Both the position numbers and the translations under genes were made by a program. Source: an uncultured Candidatus Actinomarinales bacterium (lineage in GTDB: Bacteria; Actinomycetota; Acidimicrobiia; Actinomarinales; Actinomarinaceae). Taken from it: a DNA stretch of 64,000 bases. The notes beneath the pieces are model-generated. The model did not search any database, was not told the origin of the DNA, and was given only the letters and a program-made list of their open reading frames with translations. Location: assembly GCA_943789065.1 (NCBI GenBank), contig CALSSQ010000001.1, positions 746,426 to 810,425 of the forward strand, given 5' to 3'. Every line of letters begins with the position of its first letter. Position 1 is the stretch's first letter. Positions 23,831-33,348 of the stretch are shown here, in pieces.

Positions 23831-24202
23831 TTACTCTTTGTCTAACTCATTAGATGAGCGCTTTAACCCAAAGACCAATATTACTAAAGACATTAATCCA
23901 AGTAGTGTCAATAATATTATTTTTGTACCTTTATTAGTAGTAGTTTTTACTTTTTTATCTAAAGAAGACATGACCCGTGATGTGAAGTCCTCTGGGGCTT
24001 CAATATCAACTTGTACTTCATTTTCAAGTTCCTCTCTAAAAGCTCTATATCTCTTGCCTGCTGTCTGACATTTTAAGCAGTATTGGACATGGTTATCAGA
24101 ATCAAACTGAAAATAAACTCCATTGAGATAGGTTTTTATCATTTGATTTCTTTTCCTTCTGCACACAGCTTGGTACTTTAGGTTTTTTAAAATTTCTTTC
24201 AT
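23831..24202 (-). CDS. Membrane-anchored anti-sigma factor with ZAS-like HxxxCxxC zinc motif
   Basis: 123 aa; HVQYCLKC motif, C-terminal TM helix; start overlaps stop of upstream ECF sigma gene. Confidence 0.6.
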   Translation of the reverse strand: MKEILKNLKYQAVCRRKRNQMIKTYLNGVYFQFDSDNHVQYCLKCQTAGKRYRAFREELENEVQVDIEAPEDFTSRVMSSLDKKVKTTTNKGTKIILLTLLGLMSLVILVFGLKRSSNELDKE

Positions 24203-24783
24203 GCCTCTACATCCTCCAAAATAGTTCTTAGTTTTTGATGTGCTCTATGAAGTCTTACTTTTGCTGCAGTCACACTTATGTCTAAATACTCTGCTATTTC
24301 TTTATGTGATCTACCTTCTATATTTTTCAACTCAACAATAATTCTTTGTTCTAGTGGAATTTGGTCTAACGCTTTTCTTAGTACTGAAGATAAATCTGAA
24401 TTTATTGCGATTAACTCCGGATCATTTTTTTCATCAATGACTATGGGTTCTTGAGTATCTTCGATATTTAGTGAATAATGCTTTTTAGCTTTTTTTCTTA
24501 ACGTCCAAGCTGTATTTACAGTGATCCTGTATATCCATGTGCTGAATGTTGAATCACCTCTAAATTTATCAATTGCTTTCCATGCCCTTATGAAAGCTTC
24601 TTGCCCTACATCATTAGCAAGCTCTTTGTTTCCAGTAAGTTTGAATGCCAAAGAAAATACTAAATCTTGGTGTCGATGTACCAACATTTCAAAAGCAACT
24701 TTGTCCCCTGCTTGGGATTTTTGTACCAGCTCTGAATTAGACGTGTCTTCATTAAAGTTATTAATTTTTGTTACGTTATTCAT
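24199..24783 (-). CDS. ECF-family RNA polymerase sigma-70 factor
   Basis: 194 aa; sigma region 2 (FIRAWKAIDKFRGDSTFSTWIYRIT) and region 4 HTH (SHKEIAEYLDISVTAAKVRLHRA). Confidence 0.88.
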   Translation of the reverse strand: MNNVTKINNFNEDTSNSELVQKSQAGDKVAFEMLVHRHQDLVFSLAFKLTGNKELANDVGQEAFIRAWKAIDKFRGDSTFSTWIYRITVNTAWTLRKKAKKHYSLNIEDTQEPIVIDEKNDPELIAINSDLSSVLRKALDQIPLEQRIIVELKNIEGRSHKEIAEYLDISVTAAKVRLHRAHQKLRTILEDVEA

Positions 24784-24816
24784 CTATGTTAAGAATAAAG
24801 AGAAATTGAGATATTT

Positions 24817-24978
24817 CTACCTTTTTTCTCTATGTAAAATATGCTTTCTACATTTGGAACAATATTTTTTAAATTCCATTCTGTCAGGCACATTAGTCTT
24901 ATTTTTTGTTGTAACATAATTCTGAGCTTTACACTCTGTGCACACCATAGTTAGTGGTGGTCTCTTATCAGAAGCCAT
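24817..24978 (-). CDS. rpmG: 50S ribosomal protein L33
   Basis: Hand translation (not in ORF track): [53 protein letters not shown] with CxxC...CxxC zinc ribbon; next to tRNA cluster. Confidence 0.85.
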   Translation of the reverse strand: MASDKRPPLTMVCTECKAQNYVTTKNKTNVPDRMEFKKYCSKCRKHILHREKR

Positions 24979-24997
24979 TACTTATCCTTTCTTTGAG

Positions 24998-25071
24998 TAG
25001 CGGCGGGCAGACTCGAACTGCCGACCTCACGATTATGAGTCGTGCGCTCTTACCAACTGAGCTACGCCGCC
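24998..25071 (-). tRNA. tRNA-Met (anticodon CAT; elongator or Ile2-type not distinguishable by eye)
   Basis: Hand-folded: D arm GCTC-AGTTGGTAA-GAGC, anticodon stem CACGA/TCGTG loop CTCATAA, T arm GGCAG-TTCGAGT-CTGCC; apparent G1-U72 wobble in acceptor. Confidence 0.75.
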
Positions 25072-25094
25072 ATCTAACTTATTGTCATCTACTG

Positions 25095-25167
25095 AGCCCT
25101 CTTCCGGATTTGAACCGGAGACCTCTTCCTTACCATGGAAGTGCTCTACCAACTGAGCTAAGAGGGC
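25095..25167 (-). tRNA. tRNA-Thr (anticodon GGT)
   Basis: Hand-folded: acceptor GCCCTCT/AGAGGGC, anticodon stem CTTCC/GGAAG loop ATGGTAA, T arm TCCGG-TTCAAAT-CCGGA. Confidence 0.85.
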
Positions 25168-25170
25168 CAG

Positions 25171-25252
25171 TGCCGAGAGTAGGATTCGAACCTACGAAGG
25201 CATAACCGGCAGATTTACAGTCTGCTCCCTTTGGCCGCTCGGGCATCTCGGC
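25171..25252 (-). tRNA. tRNA-Tyr (anticodon GTA), class II with long variable arm
   Basis: Hand-folded: acceptor GCCGAGA/TCTCGGC, anticodon stem GCAGA/TCTGC loop CTGTAAA, T arm GTAGG-TTCGAAT-CCTAC, 82 nt. Confidence 0.85.
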
Positions 25253-25331
25253 GTAACAATAAAGTCTCTTTAAAGTTTAGATTATATAGAAAAATTAGTG
25301 AGATGAAATCTTAAATCATTATGATAATCTT

Positions 25332-26315
25332 ATGGATAACAAAATTACCAAATTTTTGGACAACCTGCTTGAAAATGAAGTTTTAGATACTGAAATTTAC
25401 GAAAAAATAATAAAATTTGACGAAAATAATAACCTTTCACAAAAATCTAAGGTTGCAAGAGCTATAACTTTAATTGGAGGTTTCTTTCTACTATCTGGTT
25501 TGCTTGGAACTCTGCCTCTAATTTGGACTAATCTCTCTTATTGGGCTCAGCTTATCCTCTTGATTGTGACAACATGTTTTTTGTTTTATGCAGCCGGTTA
25601 TAGTCAACAAATTGATAAAAATAAATTATTTATTTTCAAAAGCAGTGAAAGAATCTCTTCATTTTTATATTTTGTCTCAACTGTCTCATTTACAGCAGTA
25701 ATAATATTTACTCTGAATATATTGGAAAATATCAGCTCCATTAATATTCCTGAAGATGTTGCAATTTTGATTACTTCAACAATTGTTTTAATTTACTCAG
25801 GATTTTTGTATAAAATAACAGTCGAAATCTTTCAACATATTACTTTGTTTTATTCACTTGTATTTTTTCTTGGAAGTATTGGAAATCTATTTCTAAGAAA
25901 TGTTGAACCCTGGGGAATTGGTTTATTCATAACAGTTGTTGGACTTATATGGGGATTAAATACATACTCCAATTTATTACAACCTAGTTGGCTTGGTTAT
26001 TTCTTGTCCTCAGTGAATATAGCTATTGGAGTTATTGCAATAACTGAAGATTTACTTTCAAATTTTAAAATTATTAACATTCTTGTTCTAATCGTTGGCT
26101 CTTTAATCTACATTTGGACAAGCATACAGCTCTCAGAGCAAGTCATTTTCTATATAGGGGGGCTAGGTTTAATAATAAATTTACCAAGACTAATAACTGA
26201 ATTGCTTCCAAATAATATTTGGCCACCTCTTATATTGTTCATAGTTGGTGGCGTATTGGTTACTGTTGGTCTTTATCTCAACTCTATAAGAGAAAATATA
26301 AGGAAAGAATCTTGA
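25332..26315 (+). CDS. Polytopic integral membrane protein, unknown function
   Basis: ORF track 327 aa; ~8 hydrophobic helices after a ~45-aa hydrophilic N-terminus; no conserved Lys in last helix, so not a rhodopsin. Confidence 0.6.
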   Translation: MDNKITKFLDNLLENEVLDTEIYEKIIKFDENNNLSQKSKVARAITLIGGFFLLSGLLGTLPLIWTNLSYWAQLILLIVTTCFLFYAAGYSQQIDKNKLFIFKSSERISSFLYFVSTVSFTAVIIFTLNILENISSINIPEDVAILITSTIVLIYSGFLYKITVEIFQHITLFYSLVFFLGSIGNLFLRNVEPWGIGLFITVVGLIWGLNTYSNLLQPSWLGYFLSSVNIAIGVIAITEDLLSNFKIINILVLIVGSLIYIWTSIQLSEQVIFYIGGLGLIINLPRLITELLPNNIWPPLILFIVGGVLVTVGLYLNSIRENIRKES

Positions 26316-27076
26316 AGAAGAAGTCAACGCTTATCAAGTCCCTTGTAATTCTGCTATTTTCTGTATTATTAGTTGCTTTATTTGGAGTAGTTCCTTTGCC
26401 GGAATACAACACTGAAGTCAGCTCTGAAATTAGTGGTTCAATCTTTTACATGGTTGAAATAGAGAGTTCAAACTTAATTCCACCAGCACCAGATATTTTG
26501 GATCAATGTATTTTTAAAATTAATATCTCAGTAGAAGACATGAATGAAAAAAAAGTAATCTGTGCAAGTGATCTATATGAATATTCATATAATATTTATT
26601 TAAACGACACAGACATAGATGCGAATCAAAATTTAATTATACGTTATTGGGATAATTCTTCCGATGTTGAAATGGCATTAACTATAGATACTAAAAATAT
26701 TGACATCAAACCAAGCGTTGGTAGTGTTAATTCTCCAAATAGAGATATGTACAAGGTTAATTCATTTGGAGAAAAGCTTCTTAACTCCTGGGATATGAGA
26801 GAAGCAAATACAAGGACGGCTGGAGTTTATTTTCAGAAGAATTCAGAAATAGTAGAAGTATTTAATGTTGAAGCACCTACTAATTACTATTTTGAATCTC
26901 TAGTATGGTCACCGGATGGACGTAGCATAGCGGCTCTAGATACTGAAAATGAAATAATTATTTTCTCTAAGAGTAAAACATTCGATCCAATAAAGTTAAA
27001 TTTTGATAGTTATTCGTCCCTGGAGTTTGCAGATGATGAAAAAGTAATATATCAAATAATTGGTTGGAGTAATTAA
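26311..27076 (+). CDS. Secreted protein of unknown function (start tentatively TTG at 26311)
   Basis: Signal-peptide-like KKKSTLIKSLVILLFSVLLVALFG after a TTG preceded by AAGGAAAG; the track ATG at 26219 would overlap the upstream gene by 97 nt. Confidence 0.5.
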
Positions 27077-28029
27077 GAAAAGTTTTTAGTTGGTCTTACC
27101 CCAACTTCACTTATAACATGCGCAGCACTTCTATTAGCTATATCAGCCGATTCTTCAATAGAAAGTTTTTGTTGTAGGCCGTATAGATACCCTGCTGCAA
27201 AATAATCACCGGCACCTGTTTTATCTACAACTTTTGCTTCAGTTGCGTCATAATGTACTTTCTCACCTTTGCTGACTACAACTGCCCCCTTTGGGCCTAA
27301 TGTGCATACTAATTCTTCTAGATTGGGGAACTCTTTTTTAAAATAATCAAAAGCTTCTTCTGCTGTTTCTTTCTTTGATAGGGCGATAATCTCTTCTTCA
27401 TTGCAAAAAACAAAATCAATACTCTCTTTGATGAATTCAACAAAGCTGTCTCTATGCATCTCCACACAAAATACATCAGATAATGTAATCGCATTTTTTC
27501 CACCTGTTGATTTATTTAGATTTGCAGCATGTAAGAAAGCATCTTTGCTTGTGGGTCTGTCCCAGAGGTATCCTTCCATATACAGAATTTCAGCAGATTC
27601 TATTGCTTTTTCATCTAAATCTTCAACTGTAAGAAATGCTCCAGCTCCTAAATATGTATTCATTGTACGTTCACCATCTGGGGTTATAAAAATTGCACAA
27701 TGACCAGTTTGATTGTCTTCTGATTCAAAAACTGTAAAATCCTTAAGTCCAGAGTCTTTAACACTTGCTTTGAATTGTTCGCCAAGTTCATCCTCAGAAA
27801 TTTTTCCGATAAACCCTACATTTCCACCTAACTGTGCAGCCCAATATGCAGTGTTTGCCGCTGAACCGCCTGCAGCACGAATTGGACTAGTCATTGAATC
27901 CAGCAAAACATTTGATCTATCTTTATCAACTAGTGTCATCCTTGCTTTATTTAATTCAAGTTCATCAATGACCTCTTCTTCAATTTTCTGAAGAGAGTCG
28001 ACCATTGCATTTCCAATACAAATTATCAC
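27073..28029 (-). CDS. PfkB-family carbohydrate/nucleoside kinase (adenosine-kinase-like)
   Basis: ORF track 318 aa; ribokinase-fold motifs incl. C-terminal DKTGAGDYFAAGYLYG. Confidence 0.75.
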   Translation of the reverse strand: MIICIGNAMVDSLQKIEEEVIDELELNKARMTLVDKDRSNVLLDSMTSPIRAAGGSAANTAYWAAQLGGNVGFIGKISEDELGEQFKASVKDSGLKDFTVFESEDNQTGHCAIFITPDGERTMNTYLGAGAFLTVEDLDEKAIESAEILYMEGYLWDRPTSKDAFLHAANLNKSTGGKNAITLSDVFCVEMHRDSFVEFIKESIDFVFCNEEEIIALSKKETAEEAFDYFKKEFPNLEELVCTLGPKGAVVVSKGEKVHYDATEAKVVDKTGAGDYFAAGYLYGLQQKLSIEESADIANRSAAHVISEVGVRPTKNFS

Positions 28030-28038
28030 AAATAAATG

Positions 28039-28398
28039 TTAGATGACTGTGCCAATATTGTCGTGTAAATCTATTATTTTTTCAGAAGTTAGGGATAGCT
28101 TGTTCATACCTCCATTTAAGTTGAAAGAGTTAATACCTTCTTTTTCTAGAAAAGAACAGACACGTCCAGATCTTCCTCCGGACCGACAAATGATAATGTA
28201 GTTTTCGGCTGTTGAGAAATTTTCGATATTTTCAGGGATTGTACCCATAGGAATATGCTCAGCCTCTGAGTGATGCCCCGCATCCCATTCATCTTGTTCT
28301 CGAACATCAATTAGTTTATAGCCTGCCTTTAGTAAATCTTCTAACTTTTCCGGCATAACTTCTTCATTTTTATTATCCATATCGAATACCACTTGCAT
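28039..28398 (-). CDS. Rhodanese-domain sulfurtransferase
   Basis: ORF track 119 aa; active-site loop CRSGGRS. Confidence 0.75.
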   Translation of the reverse strand: MQVVFDMDNKNEEVMPEKLEDLLKAGYKLIDVREQDEWDAGHHSEAEHIPMGTIPENIENFSTAENYIIICRSGGRSGRVCSFLEKEGINSFNLNGGMNKLSLTSEKIIDLHDNIGTVI

Positions 28399-29212
28399 CC
28401 TCCCTAAGTCTTCGTACTCTTTCTGCTGTTGGTGGGTGTGTAGAAAAAAGTTTTCGCATTCCTCCTCCAGATAATGCTTTTAACGGATCTGATATAAATA
28501 ACTGACTTACAGCAGGATTTATATTCATTGGCAGTTTTGCGTATGCCTCAATTTTTTCTAGTGCTGAAGCTAGTGCTAATGGGTTACCAGAAATTTCCGA
28601 TCCTGTTCTGTCAGCTCCAAACTCCCTAGTTCTTGAGATTGCCATACGTATTATTATTGATGCTAATGGAGCTGCTATGAGAGCAATAATAAAAAACAAT
28701 GGATGAGTATTTCTATTTCTGTTACCTCCACCCCACAGAACACTCCTTGACATAAAAGATATCGTTGAAGCTAACATTGCTGCAATACTCGATACTAAAA
28801 TATCTCTATTTTTGATATGTGAAATTTCATGTGCCAATACCCCTTCGAGTTCATCATTATTTAATACCTTTAAAATACCAGTCGTAACAGCGATACTTGC
28901 ATTTTTAGGATTTCTTCCAGTCGCAAATGCATTAGGTTGGTCATTTTGAATAATGTACAATCGAGGCATGGGCATTTTTTCTTTTTGGATAAGATATTTA
29001 ACAATTCCTCTTACCTCTTCATACTCCCCATCTCCAATTTCTATTGCCTTAGTGGAGGAGAGTGCAATCTTGCCAGAATAGAAATATATTAAAAAGTTGA
29101 AAATACCAGCCAAAGCAATAGAAAAAATTAAGTTATAACCAAGTGTTTGTGCTGTAAAAAGAACAACAAGACTCATTAGGGTTAACAGAGCAGTTGTTTT
29201 TACTTGATTCAT
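28373..29212 (-). CDS. htpX: M48-family zinc metalloprotease HtpX
   Basis: ORF track 279 aa; HEISH zinc motif, N-terminal TM helices. Confidence 0.85.
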   Translation of the reverse strand: MNQVKTTALLTLMSLVVLFTAQTLGYNLIFSIALAGIFNFLIYFYSGKIALSSTKAIEIGDGEYEEVRGIVKYLIQKEKMPMPRLYIIQNDQPNAFATGRNPKNASIAVTTGILKVLNNDELEGVLAHEISHIKNRDILVSSIAAMLASTISFMSRSVLWGGGNRNRNTHPLFFIIALIAAPLASIIIRMAISRTREFGADRTGSEISGNPLALASALEKIEAYAKLPMNINPAVSQLFISDPLKALSGGGMRKLFSTHPPTAERVRRLREDASGIRYG

Positions 29213-29236
29213 GTTATTAATTATAAATGGTGTAGT

Positions 29237-30262
29237 TTATATTTTTTTTGCAATAAGCATCTTGAACCCACCTAGACCACGATTATTGTTAATTGCCTCT
29301 AAACCAACAAGATCAGACTTGATTTTTAATTTATCTAATCCGTCAGCATTTTGAAATTTGGTTTGAATTTTTTTATAAAAAGCTTCAAAGCCGTTCAATT
29401 GTAAAAATTCTTTTTGTGTGTGGAGTTCGACTGCGTAATCTAATCTTGATAAACAGTTCTTTATACTAGAAAAATTTACATCATAGGTTATATCAGTTGT
29501 TGTTGGTTGAAGCAATGTTTCACCTGCAAGATGATGATTTTTATAGGTTCTTATAAGTGACTTATAGGGGATGCTTGACCTTTCATGAAATTCATAACCG
29601 TAATCAATTATGAGAAGATAATTAGGATTAAATCTTGATACGATACCTTCAAGATATTTTGTTGCATTTCTCTGAATCTCAATCTCAATGTCATCTAAGG
29701 GCTCAATATTGTTAGATTCTATCCAAGTTAAATTTTCAGGCCTCATGGGCGCTAATTCATAACTTAGTGAATCAGATTCTATTTTAATAATTTTTTCGAG
29801 CCATACACCATCTTTATATACACCAACAGAGCATGGTATATTATCGAGGACTTCATTCATGTATACTAAATTAACTTTATCAACTGGAATCAAATCCAAA
29901 GTTTCAAAAACATTAAATTCTTTTTGTTTCAGAATTCTGAATGCGGTATTTGATTTTTCGACAAGAAAAAGATTATTTGTTGAATATTCTTGAATCTGCG
30001 TAGCCAATGAGCCAGTACCCGCCCCAATTTCTACTACATTAGATTTAATTTTATTTTCATTCATCCAGTGTGAAATAAACTTTCCAAAGTATTTAGATAC
30101 TTCAGGTGACGTTAGGAAATCACCTTCTATGTTAGATCGAACTTTTGTAGTATTGAAGAACCCAGATTCTGAATAAAGACTTTCTTCCATGTATTCATCA
30201 AAAAATATGTCGTTGCGTTGATATTTTTCTTGAAGATGTTTTATAAAATTAAAGCTAGACAA
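29237..30262 (-). CDS. Class I SAM-dependent methyltransferase, MidA/NDUFAF7-like (COG1565-type)
   Basis: 341 aa; GDFLTSPEVSKYFGKFISHWM resembles the MidA DFxTSPE motif, VVEIGAGTGSLA resembles the SAM-binding GPGRGTL block; 5 bp downstream of nuoN on the same strand. Confidence 0.6.
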   Translation of the reverse strand: MSSFNFIKHLQEKYQRNDIFFDEYMEESLYSESGFFNTTKVRSNIEGDFLTSPEVSKYFGKFISHWMNENKIKSNVVEIGAGTGSLATQIQEYSTNNLFLVEKSNTAFRILKQKEFNVFETLDLIPVDKVNLVYMNEVLDNIPCSVGVYKDGVWLEKIIKIESDSLSYELAPMRPENLTWIESNNIEPLDDIEIEIQRNATKYLEGIVSRFNPNYLLIIDYGYEFHERSSIPYKSLIRTYKNHHLAGETLLQPTTTDITYDVNFSSIKNCLSRLDYAVELHTQKEFLQLNGFEAFYKKIQTKFQNADGLDKLKIKSDLVGLEAINNNRGLGGFKMLIAKKI

Positions 30263-30267
30263 CCTTA

Positions 30268-31668
30268 TTAACTATTAAAGAATAATGCCGAAGCATTACC
30301 TAGATTTGAAAAAATATTTGGAAAAATTCCTGCAAGAAATGTAATCACTAGACTTATGAAACCAACTACTTTTAAGGGGCTCAACAGTACAGGTTTAGTA
30401 TTAATTGTTATATTTTCAGATGGAGAATCCATCCAAATTATTTTTGAAATTCTTGCGTAGAAAACAAGACCAATGACTGCATTAATCGCTCCAATAATCG
30501 CCAACGTTATTCCATAGACTTCACCGGTACTTAGCAAGCTTCTAAATACAACGAACTTTGCAAACCAACCACCTAGTGGTGGTATTCCAGCAAGTGAGAA
30601 GAAAAATACAGTTGCAAAAATAGCTGTTAATGGTTGATGTTTTGCTAGGCCTCCCCATTCATAGATATCGTTACTGCCACTAGTATTTATAAGAACATTT
30701 ACGACAAGAAATGCGCCCAAGTTCATGAATGCATAAATAATTAAATAAGTGACGCTGGCATAAATTCCATCAGCATAGTCTCCTGAAATTCCAGCTACTG
30801 CAAGTGGAGCTAAAATAAATCCCGCTTGAGCTATTGACGAATATGCTAAAAGCCTTACTGGATTTGATTGTTGAAGGGCAGATAAATTTCCGATGAACAT
30901 TGTTAGACCTGAAATAAAGACCAATACAATACCCCAACTTGAACCTGAATCTGGGAAGACCTTTGTAAGGATAATCATTAATGCTACGAAACCAGTCGCT
31001 TTAGAACTAACTGATAAATAAGCTGTTACTGGAAGCGGTGATCCCTCATATGTGTCTGGTGCCCATGAATGAAAGGGGACAACCGAAATTTTAAAACCTA
31101 TACCAGCCAGTATTAACATTACGCTCAATAACGCCGCTGGTGATGTTGACAGATTGTTTACTAATAAGATTTTAGAAATTTCAGAAAAGATTAATTCTCC
31201 GGTCAATCCGTAAAGTAAAGAGAATCCATACAAAATGAGTGATGCAGATAATACTCCTAACAAGAAAAATTTAATTGCTCCCTCGTTAGACTTTTGATCT
31301 CCTTTTTTCCAGCCAGACAATAAAAACATAGGTGCAGAAGCTAATTCAATACCAATAAAAAGTGTCAGCATATCTCTTGATGATGTAACAACCAGCGCTC
31401 CGAGTAGTGAGCTTAATAGTAGGTAGTAATACTCCCCCTGGTAATATCTGTCACTTTCTATAAAGTTAATTGAAAGCAGGAATGTAAGATAGGTCACCAA
31501 GATAAAAAGGCCTTTTAAAATAATAGAAAATTTATCAATAACATAGCTTCCTTCAAAAAGGATTATTGGATTTTCGTAATTTACCCACTGAAAAATTAGA
31601 GGTAGGAAGGAAATCAATGATCCCAGTAGTGCAACTAATGCAATGTAAAATTTTGACCTTCTTGGCAA
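30268..31668 (-). CDS. nuoN: NADH-quinone oxidoreductase subunit N (operon 1)
   Basis: ORF track 466 aa; antiporter-like membrane subunit, operon position. Confidence 0.88.
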   Translation of the reverse strand: MPRRSKFYIALVALLGSLISFLPLIFQWVNYENPIILFEGSYVIDKFSIILKGLFILVTYLTFLLSINFIESDRYYQGEYYYLLLSSLLGALVVTSSRDMLTLFIGIELASAPMFLLSGWKKGDQKSNEGAIKFFLLGVLSASLILYGFSLLYGLTGELIFSEISKILLVNNLSTSPAALLSVMLILAGIGFKISVVPFHSWAPDTYEGSPLPVTAYLSVSSKATGFVALMIILTKVFPDSGSSWGIVLVFISGLTMFIGNLSALQQSNPVRLLAYSSIAQAGFILAPLAVAGISGDYADGIYASVTYLIIYAFMNLGAFLVVNVLINTSGSNDIYEWGGLAKHQPLTAIFATVFFFSLAGIPPLGGWFAKFVVFRSLLSTGEVYGITLAIIGAINAVIGLVFYARISKIIWMDSPSENITINTKPVLLSPLKVVGFISLVITFLAGIFPNIFSNLGNASALFFNS

Positions 31669-31750
31669 AATGAGATCGAAAAATATTGTAGCTATAATTG
31701 TAAAAACAACAATTAATTCACTAGAAATTGCAAGGTAATTAATGGAAATA

Positions 31751-33340
31751 TTAGCCTCCGAATGCTTTAGTAACCAAACTGATTACAGCATCATTTGTAG
31801 ATCCGAAAATTAACTTAGGAAATACTCCAATTAAGATTGTTAAAATAACGAGGGGTATCCAAGCTGCTAATTCGTATGCATCCGCATCATGGAGTTTTTT
31901 ATCTTTCCATTCGTCATTTGGCTCTCCTAAATTAACTCTTTGAAGCATCCAGAGTAAATAGCCAGCAGTCAGAACTGTACCTATTGCCCCAGCAACCATG
32001 GATGTTCTGAATATTGTGATATTTAGTCCTGGTAATGGATTGTATGCTCCTAATAGAGCCATAAATTCTCCCCAGAAGCCTGCTAGTCCAGGTAGTCCAA
32101 GTGAGGCCATTGCTGTAAATGCCAGTAATCCACCAGTTTTGGGCAAAAGTTTCATATTTCCACCAAGTCTTCCCATATCTCTGGTGTGATAAGTGTGAGC
32201 CATCGATCCAGATAAGAAGAAAAGTAAACCCGTAATTACACCGTGTGCAACCATGCCAATTATTGCAGCATTAATACCAATAGATGTCAAAGAGGAGATT
32301 CCTAGCATTACAAAACCCATGTGACCCACTGATGAAAAAGCTATTAGCCTTTTGAGGTCAGTTTGTGCTAGACATGCTAACGAACCATAAATTATTCCAA
32401 TAGCTGACAGTATTGCAATCGCTGGTGCCCAAGCTTGTGCTTGCTCAGGTAAAATTGGTAAAGCAATTCTTACAAATCCATAGGAACCTAATTTTAGAAG
32501 TATTGCGGCAAGTAATACTGATCCAACTGTTGGTGCTGCCGTATGAGCATCTGGAAGCCAAGTATGGAGAGGCCACATTGGAACCTTAACTGCGAAGCCC
32601 AGAAATAGAACTGCAAAAACGAGTGTTGCAAAAGTTCCAGTAAATGCCCCACTTGTTCCTAATTCTATTAACTCAGGAATACTGAAAGTTTTGGCTCCTC
32701 TGAAATAAAGTCCTAAAAATCCAAGCAGCATAAAAGCAGAACCGAAAAGTGTAAAAACAAAAAACTTAATACTTGCATATAAGCGAGTCTCAACCTCATT
32801 TTTAAGACCAGCAACACTCCTCATTGTTTTATCTCCCCAAATTCCAATCATGAAATACATAGGTAGTAGGACAAGTTCAAAGAATACAAAGAAGAGTATT
32901 AAATCTAAAGCTACGAAAGTACCATTCATTCCAGTTTCTAAGATTAAAATAAGCGCCATCATTCCCTTTGGACTTTTTGGCTCAGGTAAATGCTCGAAGG
33001 AATAAATTATTGCTAATACTGTAATAAAGGTTGAAAGAAGCAGCATGGGTAGGGATATGCCATCAATACCAATTTCATAATTAGAATTTATTGCCTCTAT
33101 CCAAGAAAGTTTATTTCCCAACTGAAACTGTTCTGCTTTGGAGTAATCAAACTGAATAGCAACAATTACGCTTAATATGAAAGTGATTAGTGAAGAACCA
33201 AGTGCTGTTAACTTTATCAATAACTCTTGTTTTTTTGGCAATAGTGCAACGACTAAAGCACTTAATAGAGGGAGGAATACAACCAAAGTTATACCCAGTC
33301 CATTCTCTAAAAATTCAAAATTATTAGTTACTATTTCCAC
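31751..33340 (-). CDS. nuoM: NADH-quinone oxidoreductase subunit M (operon 1)
   Basis: ORF track 529 aa; Mrp-antiporter-like, WLPDAH motif. Confidence 0.9.
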   Translation of the reverse strand: MEIVTNNFEFLENGLGITLVVFLPLLSALVVALLPKKQELLIKLTALGSSLITFILSVIVAIQFDYSKAEQFQLGNKLSWIEAINSNYEIGIDGISLPMLLLSTFITVLAIIYSFEHLPEPKSPKGMMALILILETGMNGTFVALDLILFFVFFELVLLPMYFMIGIWGDKTMRSVAGLKNEVETRLYASIKFFVFTLFGSAFMLLGFLGLYFRGAKTFSIPELIELGTSGAFTGTFATLVFAVLFLGFAVKVPMWPLHTWLPDAHTAAPTVGSVLLAAILLKLGSYGFVRIALPILPEQAQAWAPAIAILSAIGIIYGSLACLAQTDLKRLIAFSSVGHMGFVMLGISSLTSIGINAAIIGMVAHGVITGLLFFLSGSMAHTYHTRDMGRLGGNMKLLPKTGGLLAFTAMASLGLPGLAGFWGEFMALLGAYNPLPGLNITIFRTSMVAGAIGTVLTAGYLLWMLQRVNLGEPNDEWKDKKLHDADAYELAAWIPLVILTILIGVFPKLIFGSTNDAVISLVTKAFGG

Positions 33341-33348
33341 TTTTCCTC

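Noticed and set aside
26219-26310. ATG start at 26219 for the secreted-protein gene
   Set aside because: It would overlap the upstream membrane-protein gene by 97 nt in a frame encoding a Trp/Tyr-rich non-hydrophobic peptide; the signal-peptide-like segment begins right after a TTG at 26311 with an upstream AAGGA.
25332-26315. Multi-TM membrane protein as a possible second (type-1) rhodopsin
   Set aside because: No conserved Lys in the last helix and no rhodopsin-like helix-3 or helix-7 motifs; the N-terminal hydrophilic domain is not rhodopsin-like.
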